Shown: one piece after another, positions 13,088 to 27,000 of the stretch
How positions within the stretch are numbered: the stretch's first letter is position 1
Layout of the letters: each line of letters opens with the position of its first letter
Source: Catajapyx aquilonaris
Lineage: Eukaryota
NCBI GenBank assembly: GCA_000934665.2
Contig: JYFJ02002106.1
Span: 1-63,047, forward strand
Direction: 5' to 3'
DNA: 63,047 bases
The notes under the pieces: generated by a model
Database searches by the model: none
Seen by the model: the letters and a program-made list of their open reading frames with translations, nothing else
Told to the model about the DNA's origin: nothing
Program-made: the position numbers and the translations under genes

Positions 13088-14492
13088 TGAAATCATCGCT
13101 GGTTGGGTTAACCGTAAAAATTAATGCAACAAAAACTGTTGCAGATCAGGAAGACTGTTCTTTTTATTATTATTCATGACACCTAAATGCTTACATATAA
13201 AGCAGTATAAAAGTGAGAATTTTTTGTCCAGAGGTTGCGTTTTTGGTTTTACAAACGGTGGTTATGGAAATAAAATGTAGTGTACTGTATTATCTTTGGT
13301 CACGCAATGACTTGGCGCTGTCTTCACATGGCATTTATGGAGAACAAACAAAATCCTGGAATGATCCTTGGTGATTTGGATTTTTAAAAAAATTGCATGC
13401 CTAAATACTGTCACAAGAGATCTTTCTTCCATGAGAAACGTTACCAGTTTAAAATCTCTGGCATAAAAACATACTGCAAGATGTAAATTATTTTTTTCCG
13501 TATTAGAAATGGGATAGACAGTACTTTTAAGGCAATTCCTCGACAACACAGGATGTAAAAGGATTGGTCAATTGACAATAAACATTCTAAGCTGCATCAC
13601 CTTTTACAGTTCCAGTAATCAAGTCGATAGCGGGGAGAAAATTATTGCCAATTATAAATTTGCACCGTAATACTAAACAAAATTGTCTTAAAACATCGCA
13701 CACTTTTGCCTAGTAACTATCATTATATATTTAATTGCTCCGTATGTACACTTTTTTAAATTATTGGCAATGACTGTGAGCAATGTTTATGGAAACATCG
13801 TCATGAGGATTCCCTAGGCACGCCTACAAAATCATCTATGAGAGCTGGGCTCACAAAAATGTTTTACATTTTTAGTACCTGTATTCATTTTAAAATTGCT
13901 ACTCATATACTGTATAATTATATTCATCACACGCACACGCACACACACACCTTTTAGTACCACATAACTCTGGATCTAGCGAACTCTAAATCATCACTCA
14001 TAAAAGGCATTATGATTTGAATCGAACGAATTCACACAACCACCATGAATGTTGCACAAAATGCAATTATTTCTAGGTATCACTCTCACTAACACCTAGA
14101 AACTGCACGAAATTATGCATTGTGCACGATTACAATGTAATGAAAACACAGCCAACTAGTTCCAGCACTTTTCAGTTTAAAACTTATGTCATTGTGGCAC
14201 TCCCCAGATTTTTTAAAAAGCCAATTGCAATTTGCAAAATATTGCATATATGATAGTATACAGAAGGAAATTCACACCTCTTCATCAGTATATTTATATA
14301 AAAAAAGATAAAAGTAAGATCTTTGGTCTAACTCGTCTACTCAGTCAACATCACATACTCACGACACTCCACACATTAACAAAAAAGAAATCATTCAAAC
14401 TCCTGAGCGAAGGCGTCTTCCACACAGCTCCCCCAAAGGTTTTGGAAATTCATAAGAGAAACGGCAGGGACAAAGACTAAGGATATCAATTT

Positions 14493-17400
14493 TCAGAGTT
14501 TTTCTTCTTTTCCAGCTATCGAAAGCACGGAGGGCTTGTCTGTCCGCTTTGGGATCAAAGGGGCTGGACACGTAGGGAAGAAGTGCAGCTCACGATCAAG
14601 TGTTGTTGACTGAAACATGGCAAATAAAACACAGCTCTCAGAACATTCAATTGTTATCGGATCTACTTAAATAAAAGGCGAGCATATAATTTCTGGACAC
14701 AAATGGAAAAAACTAATGCACAGCAATGCTTCTGATAAATTAAGAGAGGAAATTGCACTAATATTGACAACAGTCCAGAAAAACTCCACTTTCATATTGC
14801 AGCAATTACATCCAATTAATTACATATCAATCTTAACCTCCCTTATCATGTCAAGATTAATCATTTATAACAATAATTATTATCACATCGATTAAAAATA
14901 ACAAAAATGCATTTTCAAAACAAAATGACTTTGCAATGCAATATCATCACCAAATATTTAAAATTAAAATTAAAACAGTAAAAAGTAAATCATAAAATAA
15001 AAACATCAACTTACTGCCAAACTTGCTTCTTCACTACTTCGTCCACATTTTAAATTCCAGGGGTAGGTTTCAGAAGTGTGACCAAAGCAATCAATCAAGA
15101 CGGGGGGGTGTGTCTGGGGGAGGTCGGTGGTGGAAAAATGTGTGCAAAAATAAATGATGGAAAGTAGATTTGCACAGGAATTGCAAAAAAGGATAGTATG
15201 TTGTCCAACATAAACATCAGCATGCAGTCCTTTTTTTCTCTCTTTTTCCCCTTATACATGAAACACCAGGCTTGGATTTGCATTCCGCATGCAAAACTCG
15301 AGGAGGACCCCCTCAGAACATATCCATTGCATGCAAGCATGGGGTTGACTCTGCCTGTAGAAAAAAAAGCATACATAAAATGCAAGTAAGTGTGCAAAAT
15401 AACTACGAGGTGCAAGGCATGCACTTGATATTGTGCTGGTCTAAATTGGTTTAAAATTTTGCTAACATTTCCAGTCTTACAATGCATAGTGAATCATAAG
15501 CCATCAACTCTAATGCTACTGTATAATTTAAACTAATTTCACACTTTCTGAAGGTAATTACATTATTTACACAAAAAAATAGGCAATATCAAAGATGTGA
15601 ACATCTTTGCCTCTAAATTCAGTTGCGTCTCGTGAAACTATTGCTACGTACAGCTCTTCTGAGTTAGTCATTAAATGGTGCTGTTAATCACCATGCAGTC
15701 AGCTAACTCTCACATAAAACATGATTACTCGGAAAAAAAATACTATTGTACACACTTTCATTAACTCATGACGACAAACAAAAAAAGTACTGCCAAAAAA
15801 TGCAACAAAATGGTGCTAGAAAGACATGTGCGAAGAGGAGAAAAAACTGGGCAGCCTCATTCCAACTCTGCTGGATTGTGGCTGCAATTGTCCGGCAGTG
15901 TGCCGGGTTAGTGATTGTCAACTACTTACTGCAATTAGTGTCATACCGGCGGACTTGTGGTGGTGGTGGTGGTGGTGAGGAGGGGCTTGGGTGTTAAAAT
16001 GCAAACCAAGTTTATGGTGGGTCAGTTTATAATCATGAGAGTTGGCAGTGTCCAGCACATCTTCCTCCTGCGGAATAAAGTGAAAAATCAGACATCACCG
16101 TACTAAGTAATACAAGAGCAGTGCAATCCATTGTAATTTCTCCTTGTATTAATACTAGGGAAGAATCCTGCACAAAAGCAACAACAAATAATCATCACTC
16201 CAATCTAGAGGTGGCATTCCCTCCTCTTAACAACATAAGATTAATTTCAGATACCAAAGGCCACAAGATTGCCATACATTTGTCTGACTTACGAGAAATT
16301 CTCGAAGTAAAATTAGGACTAACTGTGAGCCATGGATGTGCCAGGACTTCCGCTGCTGTGAATCTGATGTCTGGATCTACTTGCAGCATGTGGCTAATGA
16401 GGTCCTTCCCGCAGTCAGAGATGTCATCCCAGTAAGGGGAAGTGAACTCGTAATGTCCACTGAGAATCTGATCAAAAAGCTCCTCCTGGTTGTTGGAGGG
16501 GGACACAAAAGGTGGAAACCCACACAGAAGGATGTAGGTGATAACTCCCGCTGCCCAAATGTCCACCTTCACACTGTATCCAGACTCGGCCAGGATTTCA
16601 GGAGCCACGTAGGTTGGAGTGCCACACACAGTGTAGAGGGACTCGTTCACTACCTGAGCCAGTCCAAAGTCTCCCAGCTTCAATGATTTGCTACCATCCG
16701 GTTTGTCAACCACCTGCAAACGCAATGATTTGTAATCAGTGGAATCTAATTCAAGACACTGGAAATTACACAATTGCATTACATAACAGACATTACCATG
16801 TCTTTGATTTTAATGCTGCATAATATTTGCAATTTCTAACAGCAAATAAATTTAAAGGAACAACCACTTACTAGAAGGTTTTCAGGCTTGATGTCCCGGT
16901 GAACAATGTTGAGGTCGTGAAGGTATTTCAGTGCCGAGACCAAGTCATGTACCATTGGGCTGGCCGCCCTCTCACTGAACTTGGTCACTGCTGCTATGGC
17001 GTCAAATAAGTCTCCACCCTTCAAGAAATAAAATCCTGCATTATCATCAATTTACATATGGTATTCTCAAATAATTACAGACTACATTGCACGGTTGAAT
17101 ATTCAAATTAAATGTGCCTGGTAAAATTTCAAGCTGATTCAAATGAAGGAATTTTACAGCAGATCTCACATGTAACTTGAACATCGTCCCTTAACACTCT
17201 TAAAAAATCATCGTGCTAATCCTCACGCTACCTTGACTAGCTCCATGACTAGGTAGAGTTCGTCCTGAGTGTCGTACTCCTCCATCAGCCTGACAATGTT
17301 GTTGTGCTTCACCCTCCTGAGGATTGCCACCTCACTCTCTATCATCTGCTCCTTACCCCTGCATTTAGACTTGTCTATAACCTTCAGTGCATAGGCATTG

Positions 17401-20400
17401 TTGTTTGACCTGAGGATAAAATGGAAGCACTTCACTTCAAGTAGGATGCATAATATTTTACACTGCCAATTTATGCCAATTCTATGCAATTGTATCACAC
17501 GTTTTAAAGGAACAATGTAGCACAAATGAAGTATATAAAAAATGATCAACAGCAGCATTGTTAAAAAGGCGTAAAATTAAAGCGTCATCCTTTACACTTC
17601 CACACATCTGCCAAAGTGAATCTAAACTGACCTGCAGATGCATTCCCTGACAACTGCAAAGTTCCCATCTCCGATTATCCTCCCAACTTCATACTTGTTT
17701 GTAATCTGTGGAGGGCACTTGTGTGGAACTTCAGTACAGGCCATTGGGGAGACACTACCATGGCCATTCTGAGTTTGCTTAGACTTTGTGGGCATCTTGG
17801 GACGTGACTTCTTAGGCGACTTTGGGGCAGTGAATGAGGCTATTGAGACAAAAGGAATTACATTAATTAAGCTTACGATAAATCTATAGTAGAAGCCGTT
17901 TAACATTACATTCGCCATTTGTTTGTGATCCTGGCGACACTAGGCGTCTACGGGTGGCTCTGGGGGAACCTATAGAAATCCTATAATACTTGCGGCAGCT
18001 CATGGGGCTCTTGCTGTAAGGCTGAATGGATTTGCATTCTGAGGATACAATAACAGCATTGTAATTAATAATCTTCTGGGTTTTAGTACACTTAGGAGAA
18101 CTTAAACTTAATCAAAGCCATGTTTACCATCAGAGTCTAAATCAAAGTCATCGTGCGAGTATTTCTCTGGTCCGTAGGCAAGGAAAATGTCTTCTTCTCG
18201 GAAAAAGTCTTGAAGGGTGGCAATCTGGAAAGAAATGAAAATGCAATCATTATTCTGCAGGCAAACATTAGATTGTTCAATTCCAAGACAGAGTGAATCA
18301 ACACTGGCAGTGACATTCATAAATATGAGTTTGTAACTGCAGATAATGAGAATTCCTGTTTTCCATAACAACAGCTGCAGAAGTTTCCTGTGATTTGTCA
18401 ACTGCAGTCAGGATTAATGTACATCCTTCTTGCTACGTACACTTTCCAGTGCCCAACGTGCCAAATTATATCATGTACATTCAATTTGTTATTTCATGGG
18501 ATATGGTAGTCCAGAGAAAATGTGCTGTAAAATGCAAAACATTAATCTCTGCGCTAGCCACTAATTTTCATTAGCTACTTCAAAAGTGGGATTTTAAACC
18601 TGGAGGCATCCACCGTACATTTCCAATGTTTCTCCATCATTAACTGTGCACCCAAAAAATGAGACCCATTAGGAAAGTATCAAGACAGGCTGGGAAAACC
18701 ACCTGGTCCCAAAATTTCAATTCCAACAGAAAATCCCACAGAGCCCACCACATTCCTTCGCCATAACCACCCCTATGTTATCTCAAACAACTTCCTTCCC
18801 TCTGTAGAAAAACATCGATGTTGTTCAAACCATCCAGAAATTTCACAGTCTTTTGGGTCCAACAGCCAGGAGTGTGTGCCTGACGTCAGAAAGGATGCTC
18901 CCTTCTTTGGCATTTCCTGTCTGGGGGACATATCCTTTTGTCCTTTAACCGGCCCCGGGACACATTCAATCTGACCACCTGAAGACATTCCCATCCTCCC
19001 AAATTTAACCACCGCTTACCCAACCCATATGAATTCCTGAATTGTTACAATAGAGCCGACATGTGCTAAAGCAACCCTCTTCCTGGTGTCTTCAAGCAAG
19101 CGGAAATTGAGCCATGCACTTGCTGGGCTGACAGCTCCTCTGGACCTACTCCAGTTGGACCCACTCCAGAGATTACAACCAACACATTTTGGTACAGTTG
19201 CAAAACGTGCGTTACCCACCCAAAGTGCACTAAACCTTATTAAAAGGGGTTTATGGCCTCTTTAAATATCAAGTACTATACGGTCTTACCCCAGCTACAG
19301 TATTACCACGACACTTATCTTCCAGACAGTTTATTTACAAAGAAATCCCCAGGCTTAGCACACACACAAAAACGAGCGCCTTTATGCTGCTATTTTCACG
19401 CCCAGTGTATGGCTCTGAAACTGTTTACTCAATATGACAAGGCTGGCCCACAAAAAAAAACGTGCTTCATAGTACTCCAAATCTGATTACACCACAGCCC
19501 ATATCGATTCGTCACCATTTCTTTCGTACCACTTTCGGAAATGGACGGGTTGCTACGGTGTTATGGACAAAACGACGGCGGTAGGCCAAAGTTTATCTCC
19601 GTCTGGAATTAAAACAAAAAAAAAAAAACCAATCCCATCAAATCCCTACCTCTTTTTACCCATTTCCATCCTGTTTTTCCTCTCCATTTATTCCCATGGA
19701 CTTCCGCCAAGATCAAGCAAAAGGCACGCCCTTGTGATAAAACCCGACTAGTAAATATCAAAAGGCCTGATTAAACAGGTACGATTCAAAGCTCTGTGTT
19801 GATTATGGCGACCCACAAACCTAGATGTGCGCGACACAAAGCTGGAATTTAATATAAGACCTGATCTAGCTCCTCAGATCCGACCAAGGCAAACCCTCCC
19901 TTCTCAAAAAAAAGGATAAAAGAATCCATTTGAAGCGCCTTTTGCAAAAAAGACACATTCAAAGCTAGGAACCCTAGGGGTGGGATAAGGGAAATGGAAG
20001 CTTCAGCAGGATTCAACCCCCCTATGCCTTTCTAGTGATAAAAGCACAACCAGGCAAGGTTCTTCAAGGCTATCGATCATACCCCCAAAACTATCATAGT
20101 TTAAGCTGGATCGATCTCCTATGACAACATCTATATATATACGAGGGGACAAACTCAAACATCGCCAAGTCAGCATATGACTAAATTAACGTCTAGTTAA
20201 GTGCCCCGTCACCTAATTTCCTCTAGTTCCCTTGTGCTCGTCTTCAGCTGCAATTTCCCCAAAGTAACGAGCCCTAATTGGCTATATTAATTGCCAAATC
20301 ACGCATGGTCCATCAAGCTGAAAGACTACACGCTTAACTGCTCCTCCAAATTGGCAATTTTAATTTTCGAAACCTATTGCAAGCGCGGGGGGGGGGGGGG

Positions 20401-23400
20401 GGGNTTTTCTTTAGGAAAATAGCAAGCCGAAGACACACACACACACACAAAAAAAAAAAATACAAAAGATTACATCAATTTCCAAGCTGCAAACTCCGCT
20501 TCTAAAAATGGGATCTACTGTTTTTTTTTCCTTCCTCAAACCTTTTCTTAAAGTCTCCACGCTTCCAGCTCAATCATCCCATCTTCTTTTCCTCTCCAAA
20601 AAAAAAACTCTTTCCTCCGAACAAAGAACTACTCCAATTCAGCTTCACGCTATTGAACTACCAAGCACTGCGGAAAAACTACTCCCATCGAATTTACAAC
20701 CCCGATAATTACATCACTTGATGAGCCTGTACCTTAATAAGCCCTACAATATTTAGTCATAACCTCACATTGAATATGGAGATGCTCATATAATAAATTA
20801 ACCTATTGATTTAAGACTCAAGAACCCTCCCAGCAGATGTGGTTAGTGAATCACTATAACCCTATATCGATTTGGAGCCACAATTATTTTTCTTAATCAA
20901 CCCTATATACGACAGTGGGGAGAGTCCCACTTCATTTCTTCAGCAGAAAGAAGAGGCTAACTGAAGCGTCGTTGATGGCCAAGTTTATGGGAGCACGATT
21001 TTAGTTCCAAATCGAATTAAAGGGAAGGGAGAGCAGTATCTTGCTAAGAATGGGAGGGGGATGATTCAAGACTTTTTCTGCGCTGATTCATGCCCTAGTC
21101 AGGTCTGATGGTGTAAAAAAAAAGGAAGAGAAAAAAATATCGAATAGCAGGATGGAACCTAAGAAAAATGACAAAGAGGGTTCCCTTTTCCAAGGCGGTA
21201 GAAAAAATGGGAGAAATTTTTGTGCTCGTAAATCCGAATCAGGGCTTGCTTTCTCAAGTTGGGGGTCATGATGACAATTGGGCTTCATGTTTTGTTATTA
21301 GGGATGTTTAAGACGACCAACCGCACTGACTGTGATAATAGTGTCCATCAAGGCGTAGATAACGAGTGTTTTTGCTCGACTGGTTCGCAATAGACCTACC
21401 GATGCGTATTGGCAACATGGACAATAGCTTGACATCGAAAACTATCAAAGTGCAGCCTTTGTGCTATATTACTAACCTTCACCCCAGCCTTATATCACTC
21501 CAAGTCACGCAAGGCCTGACATTCGACATGTACTTAATTTAATTTAAATTTATCGGCGACCCAAATTAGTGTGAATTTTCTCCCTATAACCCCAGTTTTC
21601 ATTCCATACCCACTTGGTTTAGAAATGTAATATATCAGCCGTTTCATAATTCTCATTAAAGAGCACTTACATAACTACACGAAAGTTCGCGAAGGACAAA
21701 CCGCACGGAGGGGATATACAGTACCACACTGTACGCTAATGCGGAATTTCCTAAAGTATGTCGCACTTTTTTTTTTGTCAGGGGCCACATGGCATCCCGA
21801 ATTAATTTCCCAAACTATAGTAAAACATGTCGCTTTTAATGTGAAACGGCAGTAAAACTGTGGGCTACAATTAAACTCCAGGACAAAATATGCACCCAAA
21901 AAATAAGTCTCGTTTTGGTTATCTCCATAAAACATAAAATTTTTGCTTAGATTAATTTTCCACCCCCACCCTCTCCATTTGCTTCCCTCACCCCTCCAGT
22001 CCCCCCCTCTTCTATTTTCTCGCTCCGCAGACATAATAAACTACGCTTAGGGACATTTACGAGGTAGCGCACTTTTCATAAAACTTGCCCAGATGAGTAA
22101 TGGTGGAGCACTGCATCGGGATAGAAGACGTAACGACGTTAAAATATATTACACCTTCCGTAAATTGAATCAGTACCTGGAAAGTTCGGCAATGGTTTAT
22201 TGAAATCAATACGCGATGGCATGTTTCTTTTCTTTTTTTTTTCCTCAAAGGCACGTGACGAATGTCCATGTATAGTAAAAGGTTACTAAGGTTAGAAATA
22301 AAGCTGAGTTGTCAGCTAAGCATCTGTAAAATTCGAATCGGTGGGAAAAGTGTGCGTGTTTTAGAAAATATCACGGACACCATTGCTTTTTTTTGTGCCA
22401 ATCAGTTGCTCTGGCTGCTTCGCACACCATCATGCTTGTTACCCCTGCGACCTTTTCCCTTTGGAAAAAAAAAGCATAGTACCAGCGGAAATGCACAATA
22501 ATAATAAACCTCTCTAGTTTCACATACGAAGGCAAGTGACCTCAATCAAGGGCATGTAATAAGCAATAAATTCGTCTCCTGGGCAAATTTCGCATGTCTT
22601 TTTCCCTCTCAAAACCGGTCCTATCATGAGAAAAGGTTGACATGTAATCGGTCACACAGTCCAGAACTGTCCAGCTTGAGAACTAAGTTCGCAAGGATAC
22701 TGTCATTACATAGCGGCACTGTAATAATGTAACACACAGGTCTACTGTACGATAACTCTCTGAGGCAGTGTTACAAATTAGATCCGCAAGAAGCGGTTGG
22801 CAGGTGCATCCTTGGAGTTCCCAATGACGTTACGCAGGCTGCTCAAGACTGCAAGTTCATTTTTATCGCCTTCATTTTCACGGATGCAGTTGAAAAGCCA
22901 AGTGTGACAAGCGCAGTACAATGATATATCTTTTGGTGATTTTTCATCAACTTTGCACAGTGCTACGGATTCAGCAATAAATTATTCACACTGAAGACAT
23001 GATTTGTTACTTTCCAGTGCACACTCACAATGTGTGGTATCATGCACAACTTTCCACGGTTACATGACAAGGCTGAAACTGACAGTGGCCCTTTCCCTCT
23101 TTCATGTCAACCTGTGTACCCCAACTGATTTTTAACAATGGTTATAAGCATCAGCCAGACGCCACAAAATTCTACCAAAATTAATAGTCTATTATTTTAA
23201 AAAGTGTAATTACTTACCGCTCTGCCGTCCAGAGTGAACACTTTTCTGACAGCTCCGGTGTCCAGCTTGATAGCCTCTGTGATATCAGCCAGAACCTGCT
23301 CATACGAATGTGCTGTCTTTCTGTTCAGTAGTAGCCTGACTGCCTTTCTCGGCCGAATCCCATTACGAATCACGGTGATCAGCTTTGGCCTTATAAAATC

Positions 23401-24021
23401 CCTGGGACCCAATGCTGCTGAATCACTGTTAGGCCCAGGAGGTGTTCCCTCAGGAGCCAATGCACCTCCGGCAGCCCTAGTCCTCCAGTGTGGTGCTTCA
23501 GCCTTTCCATAGTCCATCTTCTTGTAAGCCTCTGTCCCACAGCATACGTAAGCCTGACCTTCCTCCAGTTCTTCCAGTGTGGACACCTTCCGCCCATCTA
23601 GAGTCATCACTTGTCTGGCACCGCTTGGCAGATTACGACCATCAACCAGTGCTCGGGTCAGGTCACCCAGCAAGCTCTCAAAGGTTCTGTACTTGTCCGG
23701 AGTCACGGCCAGTACAAGACCCTTGAAGAATCGGTCCCCGTTCCGGAAGAACCTGATTTTTTTGGCTTTTTTCTCAGCAGATATCTTAAGAATGGAGGTT
23801 CTGAGCATGTTCTGGCTGTTGCTGTGAGTGTGATCCTTTCCAGGTGTGTGGTCAGAGGAACTGGTGCTTGTGCTAGTACGAGACACACTGCTCTGGACGA
23901 GCAGCGGGTCATCACCATCAGTGCGGGTCATTGCGTTAACAACCTCTTCAGCAGTAGTCACTCCAGAGGTGCCGTTGACAGTGGCAGCTCCAGGGTCTTG
24001 CTGTCCTTCCAGATCTGTCAT
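14493..24021 (-). CDS. DCLK: Doublecortin-like serine/threonine kinase (two DCX domains plus CaMK-like kinase)
   Basis: [63 protein letters not shown]-terminal exons 15930-16067 and 14493-14629 splice to AGMTLIA|STTLDRE, resembling the DCLK1 tail. Confidence 0.93.
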
Positions 24022-27000
24022 GATTCCATGGAGCTGTTCACAGCTGCAATTAAAAATTGATTTATTATTCCTGGGTGTCCATTGCATATCAACAGTAATG
24101 CGCATTCTCAATATTTTTAACACCATTGATTAACCGGCTCCAATAATACACTTCAACTTATATGAGCAAGTTTGCATCCGCCATGTGCCCACTCTTCTCC
24201 TACCACGCTGTTTATTTTATTGAGCACCACCTACACTCAATCGGTTCCAATGACTGGACACGAGCCTACTAATTGCTACCCTGTCCATCGTCAGCACTTT
24301 ACCCATCAGTCACACACTAACCATATCTCTGAAGACATGCTCAGGCCTGTGGCATTCAGCTTGGTTAGAAGGGTTTATGAAGGCAGTGTTCCCACGAACT
24401 GGTTGCCATTGGAACTAAAGGATGTGAATGGAGAAAAAAAAAACAAGCTTCCTAGCAAGAATTAGAAAGTTATATTTGGACACTTTTACAGCACTGGGAC
24501 GGCAATCAAGGGCTCATCATTGCTTCGCGTCGAGGGAACACACATTGAGTCATAAAAAAAGGAGGGTGAAAAATAAAAGCGTGCATTTGCCAGGTTGAGA
24601 ACTTTTTTGCATTATCAGGTAATTACTGTTATTTATCTGTCTATGGGCTAGTCATCGCTTCCGCTTTACCTTCCTCTCCCCATCATATACGTACACGAGA
24701 GGTGTTGCGCAAGTTCTTGACCTTACCACAGGAAGGCTAAAAAACAATGAGTGGGATCCTGAACAATTCTCCTTCCAACATCCACCTACACAATCTAACC
24801 AAAACCAACACTGCTGCTACTTTATCATTCCATAGTCAACCTCCACTGTATCACACTACAGTTTTTGCAAAAAAAATCAAGAGCACCTCATTAGGGCAAT
24901 GAATCAGTTACAATCAGCATGTGACAACCATGAAAGCCAATTAATTTCATATTCAACATTATATGAATGCACACGTTCAAACAATTATATGGTATGTTTA
25001 TCCAGGCTATTCAATGCAACCCCAAAAGCTTCCCTTGCTCGCAGGCAAAGCATAGTTTGTAGAATGACATACGAAACCGAGTTTGTGATGGCAACGGCGG
25101 AAACATTGACCTCATAACGCCATGTTATAGCCGCGTTTATCAAACTAACTAACCCGACATCATTACGTCGTCTACGATCGATTAAAAGTACACTATTAAG
25201 ATAGTACCAGCACGGTGCTGGCGTCGTCCTACGAAAGATACGGCACATCATATCGAACGCATACATACCTGCCAAGCGTCAGTGAACCCATAGGCACGAG
25301 TCTATGAATAATCGCAAACATTTGCAACAATGAAAAGCTGGGTACATTCATACGTTTCTCCCTAACATCCAGCGTACGTTATGCTTATACTAAAAGGGCA
25401 ATACCCCCATTCATTCTACATGGTTAGCAAAAAAATTCTGCAGCTCAGAACAAATCCGGTGACGTAATGCATACTCACTGTCCCCCACACACAATCCGAG
25501 CTATTATGTAGAGCCTCCAAATTACCTAACATATTACAATTTCAGGCCGATTGCCTTTCGACATTTTCTAATCCCCCCTCTGAATGTGCCCTGAATATTT
25601 AAGTAAGGTCGTGGGTTTAATTAGGCTCGTTCAACAAATAGCAATGTACACACACCATGAACAATCATGGCCACCAGAGGTTATCTCACACAAAAAAATG
25701 CTTCCATCGCAGTCACGACGTTACACATTTCAAAAGCTCAAAAAAGGCACGTACTACATAAAACAAAACAAAAAAAACAGAAAGGTTGCACGTACACATG
25801 CTATTATAAATCCTCATTTGAAGCTGACGTGTCGCTGAGGATTGGATCTCACAGGACTGGTCAACAATCAAGCTGTTTGAAAATAAATTGATCAGTTCAA
25901 GGAAATTCCAGTTCAGGCCAGATGAAATAACTCAGTATTACGTGTTCGCATACGGTTCTTGATATAAGCTGACTCACAGGAAAATGATTTGTCACCGACT
26001 CATATCCCTTGAAATAGGGGCCTGGTTGAAACCGCCACCAAAATGTCGCCATGGTATTTATGACACACGACATAAGGCTTGCCACAGGAAGCCGCCACAT
26101 TTCAGCTTTAAAAGGAATTCAATTCAGTCTCATACTCAGCTGAGCATTAAAGAGATTACGTGTAAGAATCGGGGAAATGCGAATCGATTTTTGGCCTAAT
26201 TGCCTGCTATTTTTAATTAGGCTTAAAATAATACAGCCGCATACTGACGTCAGGTCACACCATGGTGTTGGACTTTGTTTTTGTCTACGAATCTGTCGGA
26301 CCTAGTTCGCCAGACAGCGTTATATATTTAGCCCAGAATCGCGACTATTTATATTCACATCTGTTTCCTTCGACAATGTCAAACGCTTACGTACTCTCAT
26401 TACAGTCGCGTGCCCAACCTTTGTATCGACCTGCCCGAAAAATCCAATATCTCCCCTTCCAACTTATACTGCATACATTTTCGGCTAAAAAATAATAAAT
26501 GGTAAAACTGACCACAATATGAAACCTCTTCCTGGACCGATGACAAAAGATATGTCTTCTCTGGTAGAACCACCAACCGGGCCTTGTTGCCGTGTCCTCA
26601 CCAGACTGCTGCTGGAGCCAACTCAGACATACATTTTCTTTCTTTTCCTTTTCCCCCTCCTCCAAGTGAACCCCTCCAGAGAATCTCCCCCAGTTGGTGA
26701 AGCCCAGCCGAGCTGAACCCATGACTCATCTGCAAATCACTTGACGCTCCCTAACCCTCATCTCCGATTCTCCCCCACCCAAACATACTGCACCCCTACA
26801 TCCCTATCGACAATCTGTATCGACGTCGACAATGTCCACCGGTTCGAGACACGTATTTTTTGGGGGGAAGGGAAAAAGGAATGACTGGCCATGACCTTGC
26901 GCAACTTATTAATTGCTAGGTTCGTGGGCGCAGTGACCATGAATGGATTTAACGGACAAGGTGCAACGGGGAATATTGCAGTACTGTGTGGTACCTGGTA

